A stretch of 64,000 nt of DNA from an uncultured Lentisphaerota bacterium (GTDB taxonomy: Bacteria > Verrucomicrobiota > Kiritimatiellia > CAIQIC01): the NCBI GenBank assembly GCA_903889245.1, contig CAISWQ010000047.1:51546-115545 (forward strand), read 5' to 3'. Each line of letters starts with the position of its first letter. Position 1 is the stretch's first letter. Position numbers and translations under genes: made by a program. The notes under the pieces are model-generated. The model was not told where the DNA came from, ran no database searches, and saw only the letters and a program-made list of their open reading frames with translations. Of this stretch, positions 59,508 to 64,000 are shown one piece after another.

Positions 59508-60764
59508 TCAGCCCTGGCTATCCCGCAGCGCCATGAACATCGCGAGCAGGTTCGCCGTCGACGTCGTGGCCTGCACGTTGTGGACGGCGTCGAAAACGAA
59601 GCCGCCGCCCGCGCCGAAGATCTCGATGCGCTCGCGGCACTCGCGGTAGACCTCGTCGGCCGTGCCGAACTGGAGCGTCTGCTGCGTGTTCGCGCCGCCG
59701 CCCCAGAAGACGAGGTGCCGGCCGAACTCGCGCTTGAGCTCGCGCGCGTCCATGCCGACCGCCGAGCATTGCACCGGGTTGAGGATGTCGAAGCCCGCCT
59801 CGATGAACTCCGGCAGCAGTTCGCGCACGGAGCCGCACGTGTGGATGAACGTCTTCCACTGGCAGCGCTGGTGGATCAGCTTGTTCACACGCTGGTGATA
59901 GGGCTTATACATCTCGCGGTAGGCGGCGGGGCTGATGAACAGCCCGCGCTGCGTGCCAAAATCCGTGCCCGTCAGGAATACCGCCTGCACGCGGTCGCCG
60001 AGCAGGCCGATCAGCGTCTCCAGGTTCTTCAGCCCGATCTCGCACTGCTTCTCGAATATCTCCAGCACATAGTCCTTGCGTGCGACGGTCGAGACATACC
60101 ACTCCTCGATGTCGCGGATGCCCTTCGGATATTTCATCCACGGTGCGGGCACGAGGGCGATATCGCCGAACGCGGTGCCGGGCATCGTCAGGATGATGCC
60201 GCGCTGGCCATCGTCCAACTCGGTGATGCGGCGCTTATACCACGCCAAATCTTCGGCGGAGAGCAGGCCGAACTCCTCGGTATTGTCAGCCACATTCAGG
60301 TGGTCATCGTCCACTGGCGGCTGGCGGACGATGGTGTCGAAGAAGTAGTAGCCCTGCGGCATCCGCCCGCTCGGCGGCGCGCTTTGATCGCCTTCGGGAT
60401 AGATCAGCAGGTCGCCATTCGCGTCGGTGGTGGTCTTGAAATTTTCCGGCACGAGTACCGGCGTGCCGTCGAACAGCGTGAACGGTTTCCAGCCGGCGTT
60501 CTCGAAGCCGAACATCGTCTTGCGCGTGATCAGCCCGGCCACGTCAATGCCGAGCGCGGCGGCGAGCTCGGCATCCACCTCGCCGAGCATCTGGTAGGGC
60601 TCGATCACTTTGACGCGCCACGCGGTATCGCCCAGCACCGCCTGCCGCAGCCGGTGGACCGCCGCCACGTGGATGCCTGTCACCGCCGTCCCGCCGAAAT
60701 CCACCGGTACGCGGTCCGGCTGCCGGTGTTCCAACGCCGCCTGCAAACGTTCTTTGCCCGTCAT
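59508..60764 (-). CDS. Uroporphyrinogen decarboxylase-family (MtaA-like) protein
   Basis: ERLQAALEHRQPDRVPVDFGG, GTDFGTQ, IHTCG, ILNPVQ, FWGGG, VHNVQ. Confidence 0.85.
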   Translation of the reverse strand: MTGKERLQAALEHRQPDRVPVDFGGTAVTGIHVAAVHRLRQAVLGDTAWRVKVIEPYQMLGEVDAELAAALGIDVAGLITRKTMFGFENAGWKPFTLFDGTPVLVPENFKTTTDANGDLLIYPEGDQSAPPSGRMPQGYYFFDTIVRQPPVDDDHLNVADNTEEFGLLSAEDLAWYKRRITELDDGQRGIILTMPGTAFGDIALVPAPWMKYPKGIRDIEEWYVSTVARKDYVLEIFEKQCEIGLKNLETLIGLLGDRVQAVFLTGTDFGTQRGLFISPAAYREMYKPYHQRVNKLIHQRCQWKTFIHTCGSVRELLPEFIEAGFDILNPVQCSAVGMDARELKREFGRHLVFWGGGANTQQTLQFGTADEVYRECRERIEIFGAGGGFVFDAVHNVQATTSTANLLAMFMALRDSQG

Positions 60765-60914
60765 GCACCTTCTCCTTCAAATACCCGCCATCACAGCGAC
60801 ACCATGCATTTATGCCTGTGCCAGCGCGCCGTGTGAATGCCCGGCCTCACAAAATTCATACCTTTCCTCACAATGGCGCTTGCGCCGCCTTGGGCCGCTT
60901 GGCAGACTCCGGCC

Positions 60915-61751
60915 ATGGCCAAGGCGGTGACCAACTATGACGGCGTGCGCATTGCGTGGGATCACCGCAGCGTGCGTTCGCCGCGCGTCGTGTTCGGGCA
61001 GGTGCGCTACCAGCCCGGCGGCTACTGCGGCCCGCGCATCCAACGCGACTACCAACTCGTCCTGCTCCACTCCGGCTCGTGTGCGGTGCGTGTGGACCGC
61101 GCGCAGCACGAGCTGCGGCCGGGCACGGTCGCGCTGTTTCTGCCCGGGCACCACGAGCGGTTCACCTTCGATCCGCAGACCGAGACCCATCACACGTGGT
61201 GCTCGGTCCAGCCGGCATTCCTGCCCGCTACGCTGCGGCGGGAACTGCAGCGCGCGCCGGCGGGCGGGCTGCCCTGCTCGGAGACTTTCCAGCGCATCCT
61301 CTCCGCCGCGTACCTGCTGCGTGCCGTGCAGTCGCCGGTCGCGGCGCGCGTGGTGGACTCGCTCGCGCTGGCGTTGTTTGCCGAGTTTCTGGATATGGCG
61401 CGGCACGCCACGGTATCGGTCGAGCGGCGCGACGAAGCCGTCGCCCGCGCGCTGCGGCACATGGAGGATCATCTCGACACGGAGGAGTGCCTGCACGGTG
61501 CCCAGCGCGCCGCCGGCTGCTCGGTGAACGCGCTGCTTTATAAATTCCGCTCCGCGCTCGGCACGACGCCCGCGCGCCACCTCTGGCGGCTGCGGACGGA
61601 GAAGGGGCTGGCGCTGCTCGCGGAAACCGGTTGGACGGTGGCGGAGATTGCCGAGCGTTGCGGCTTCAAGAACCCGTTCCACTTCTCACGCAGCATCCGC
61701 AAGCACCACGGCCACGCCCCGCGCGAACTGCGCCGCCGCGCTTGGGCGTGA
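60915..61751 (+). CDS. AraC-family transcriptional regulator
   Basis: N-terminal cupin; C-terminal double HTH VAEIAERCGFKNPFHFSR; divergent from the glycan operon. Confidence 0.9.
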   Translation: MAKAVTNYDGVRIAWDHRSVRSPRVVFGQVRYQPGGYCGPRIQRDYQLVLLHSGSCAVRVDRAQHELRPGTVALFLPGHHERFTFDPQTETHHTWCSVQPAFLPATLRRELQRAPAGGLPCSETFQRILSAAYLLRAVQSPVAARVVDSLALALFAEFLDMARHATVSVERRDEAVARALRHMEDHLDTEECLHGAQRAAGCSVNALLYKFRSALGTTPARHLWRLRTEKGLALLAETGWTVAEIAERCGFKNPFHFSRSIRKHHGHAPRELRRRAWA

Positions 61752-61760
61752 GGGGGGCGT

Positions 61761-61838
61761 TCCCGGGGCAGGGGAAATACTGCGTAGAATTTTTCCAGAC
61801 TTGGGAAAACCGGCCGGCCCGGTTTCCAATCCTTGGAT
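61761..61838. repeat. Three degenerate palindrome copies between convergent genes
   Basis: Half-sites at about 61770, 61801 and 61833. Confidence 0.65.
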
Positions 61839-61851
61839 AAGAGGACGGACT

Positions 61852-62253
61852 TCAGAGCAGGATATTCTTCGTTGACGGCTCGGGCACGGGCGCGGGTTTT
61901 TCCGGCGGGCGGGGTGCAAAGTCGGCGCAGGTGTCGGTGGCTTCGACGTCGCGCCGGTGCCGCGCGCACCACTGGCGGAAGGGATTGATGGTGTAGTGGA
62001 GGCAGTGGCCGCAGAGCTTCTCGGCCTCGCCGGAGAGAAACAGCTCGACCTTCTTGGAGTGATCGTGGGCGAAGATGTCCGGTTGCTTTGGCGCGGCGGC
62101 GGGCACGTCGGCTGCGGCGAAGACGTGGCCGCAGGCGGCGCAGGTGGTTTCCTCACCGACCTTGGTGAAGCCCTCGTACCTGGGCTTGCGCAGCAACAGG
62201 CTGACGCGCCCGCAGGCGGGGCAGGGGGCCTCGGCTGATCTGGCGTCGCTCAT
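61852..62253 (-). CDS. Small Cys-rich putative metal-binding protein
   Basis: CPAC, CAAC, CGHC..WC..C motifs; ATG 62253. Confidence 0.65.
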   Translation of the reverse strand: MSDARSAEAPCPACGRVSLLLRKPRYEGFTKVGEETTCAACGHVFAAADVPAAAPKQPDIFAHDHSKKVELFLSGEAEKLCGHCLHYTINPFRQWCARHRRDVEATDTCADFAPRPPEKPAPVPEPSTKNILL

Positions 62254-62348
62254 GCGGTCACTACAGCGCAGCAGGGGTGGTTCGTCAAGGCGGAGATTTC
62301 CCCGCTTGCTTTTTCGGGGTGGACGGCTACTCTCTGCCGCGACGAAGC

Positions 62349-62504
62349 GTGTCTTCGGGGCAAGGTGAGGGCCGGCGGTCACTAGCGCCGGCGCAATTCC
62401 TGACCGGCGGTTTAGCCCGCGAGTCCCGCCCGAGCGGCAGGACTGACACGGCGCTCCCGAAAGGGATCCGTGGCCGACAGTAAAGTCTGGATGGAAGAAG
62501 GCAC
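62349..62504 (+). promoter_or_regulatory. FMN riboswitch with hairpin insertions
   Basis: GTGTCTTCGGGGCAAGGTGA..AATTCCTGACCGGCGGT..AGCCCGCGAG..GCCGACAGTAAAGTCTGGATGGAAGAAGGCAC, upstream of ribBA. Confidence 0.92.
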
Positions 62505-62528
62505 ACTCCGCCGGATGTCCGGCTGTGC

Positions 62529-62562
62529 GGCCCCGAAGGTTTTTCTTCGGGGCCTTTTATTT
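62529..62562 (+). terminator. Intrinsic terminator of the FMN riboswitch
   Basis: GGCCCCGAAG-GTTTTT-CTTCGGGGCC-TTTTATTT; the left arm is also complementary to aptamer 5' CTTCGGGGC, consistent with an antiterminator. Confidence 0.85.
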
Positions 62563-63792
62563 GTGAACACACGCAAGCACAAGACGGATTCCAAAACGGC
62601 CGCCTTCCGCGCGGTCGCGGAGGCGATCAAGGCCTACCGCCGCGGCGGGCTGGTCGTAGTGGCCGATGACGCGAAGCGCGAGAACGAGGGCGATATCATC
62701 TGCGCCGCGGCCAAGATCACGCCGGAAAAAATCAACTTCATGGCGCGCCACGGGCGCGGCCTGATCTGCGTGGCGCTGGAGGCCGAGCAGCTCGCGCGGC
62801 TGAACATCAAGCGCGCCACGTCGCGCGGCGGCGGCAAGTTCTGCACGGCGTTCACCGAGTCAGTGGACGCGGCGCACGGCATCACCACGGGCATCAGCGC
62901 CTATGACCGCGCGCACACCATCCGCCTGCTGGTCTCGGAAAGCTCCACGCCGGCCGATTTCGTTTCGCCGGGCCACCTGTTCCCGCTGGAGGCGGTCGCC
63001 GGCGGCGTGCTGCGGCGCGCGGGCCACACGGAGACCGCGGTGGACCTCGCCCGGCTCGCGGGGGTGAAGCCCGGCGGCGTCATCTGCGAGATCATGCGCG
63101 CCGATGGCCACATGGCGCGCTGGCCGGAGCTGCGCGCATTTGCCACGCGCCACAAGCTGCCGCTGATCACCGTGGCCGACCTGATCGCCTACCGCCGCCA
63201 GACCGAACGGCTGGTGGAGTGCGAGCGCGTGGTGCAACTGCCGACGGAGTTCGGCGAGTTCGAGCTGCACCTCTACCGCGAGCTGCTCACGAACCAGCAC
63301 CATCTCGCGCTCGTGCGCGGCGCGCCCGCGCAGCAGCCGGCGGCGCTGGTGCGCGTCCACAGCGAGTGCCTGACCGGCGACGTGCTCGGCTCGCAGCGGT
63401 GCGATTGCGGCCGGCAATTGCACGCGGCGCTGCGCGCGCTCGCGCGGGAGGGCCACGGCGTGCTGCTGTATATGCGGCAGGAGGGCCGCGGCATCGGGCT
63501 GGCCAACAAGATTCACGCCTACGCGTTGCAGGAGCGCGGGCTCGACACGGTCGAGGCGAACCAGCAGCTCGGCTTCGAGGCCGACCTGCGCGACTACGGC
63601 ATCGGCGCGCAGATTCTCGGCGATCTTGGTCTAAAAAAAATCCGGCTGATGACGAACAATCCGCGGAAGATCATCGGCTTGAGCGGCTACGGCCTGACCG
63701 TGACCGAGCGTGTGCCGCTGGTGCTGCCGCAGACCGAGCACAACCGGCGCTACCTGGAAACGAAGAAGAAAAAGCTGGGTCACTTGCTGTAA
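62563..63792 (+). CDS. ribBA: Bifunctional DHBP synthase / GTP cyclohydrolase II
   Basis: [53 protein letters not shown]. Confidence 0.95.
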   Translation: MNTRKHKTDSKTAAFRAVAEAIKAYRRGGLVVVADDAKRENEGDIICAAAKITPEKINFMARHGRGLICVALEAEQLARLNIKRATSRGGGKFCTAFTESVDAAHGITTGISAYDRAHTIRLLVSESSTPADFVSPGHLFPLEAVAGGVLRRAGHTETAVDLARLAGVKPGGVICEIMRADGHMARWPELRAFATRHKLPLITVADLIAYRRQTERLVECERVVQLPTEFGEFELHLYRELLTNQHHLALVRGAPAQQPAALVRVHSECLTGDVLGSQRCDCGRQLHAALRALAREGHGVLLYMRQEGRGIGLANKIHAYALQERGLDTVEANQQLGFEADLRDYGIGAQILGDLGLKKIRLMTNNPRKIIGLSGYGLTVTERVPLVLPQTEHNRRYLETKKKKLGHLL

Positions 63793-63797
63793 AAAAT

Positions 63798-63856
63798 TCG
63801 GTATCGCTATCGCCATCGGTTTCGGAAATCGATGGCGACGGCGATAGCGATAGCGA
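63798..63856. repeat. Inverted pair of hexamer tandem repeats
   Basis: TATCGCTATCGCCATCG ... CGATGGCGACGGCGATAGCGATAGCGA, between ribBA and ribH. Confidence 0.7.
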
Positions 63857-63869
63857 AAGGAAGGGAAAG

Positions 63870-64000
63870 ATGAGCTACAAGGAAATCGGCGGAACGCTGG
63901 AGGCCAAGGGCCTGAAGTTCGGCATCGTCGTGGCGCGCTTCAACGACTTTCTGACGCGCCAGTTGCTGGCCGGCGCGGTGGATTGTTTCAAGCGCCACGG
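63870..64000 (+). CDS. ribH: 6,7-dimethyl-8-ribityllumazine synthase, 5' part
   Basis: [36 protein letters not shown]; follows ribBA. Confidence 0.92.
   Translation, partial: MSYKEIGGTLEAKGLKFGIVVARFNDFLTRQLLAGAVDCFKRH

Noticed and set aside
56742-60836. Very long alternative-frame ORFs (1364 aa here; also 20378-23272, 12794-15328, 39006-40592, 50523-53135, 34212-36761)
   Set aside because: They are antisense shadows of well-supported genes in high-GC DNA and carry no motifs.
61852-61900. VPEP near the C-terminus of the Cys-rich protein as a PEP-CTERM signal
   Set aside because: No TM helix or basic cluster follows, and there is no signal peptide.

Overview
High-GC bacterial chromosomal window. 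The gene content (PEP-CTERM protein, HEAT-repeat sulfatases, HzsA-like protein, many secreted CAZymes, several UroD-fold proteins) suggests a PVC-superphylum polysaccharide degrader; this is inference. Housekeeping genes are pabB (partial), thiC under a TPP riboswitch, hom-lysC-cimA, and ribBA-ribH under an FMN riboswitch. They flank a large, mostly minus-strand glycan-utilisation region (GH1, GH2, GH106, GH120, GH28/49-like, two sulfatases, a sugar porter, AraC) that is interrupted by a lower-GC HpaI-like type II restriction-modification cassette. Three observations stand out. (1) A DUF350 gene is coupled to an 854-aa exported membrane protein carrying three tandem Hint (intein-like) domains, each ending His-Asn-Lys, ahead of two Tim44-like domains. 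(2) About 40 copies of a ~19-bp palindrome (TTTTCCAAGGCTTGGAAAA) form short arrays with a strict 31-32 bp period and variable spacers. (3) These arrays are translated in-frame inside pabB and form part of the signal peptides of several secreted enzymes, with a ~100-bp signal-peptide cassette shared between unrelated genes. GTAG/GTGG-type REP clusters and heptamer/hexamer inverted repeats are also present. Family names come from motif recognition, not database searches.
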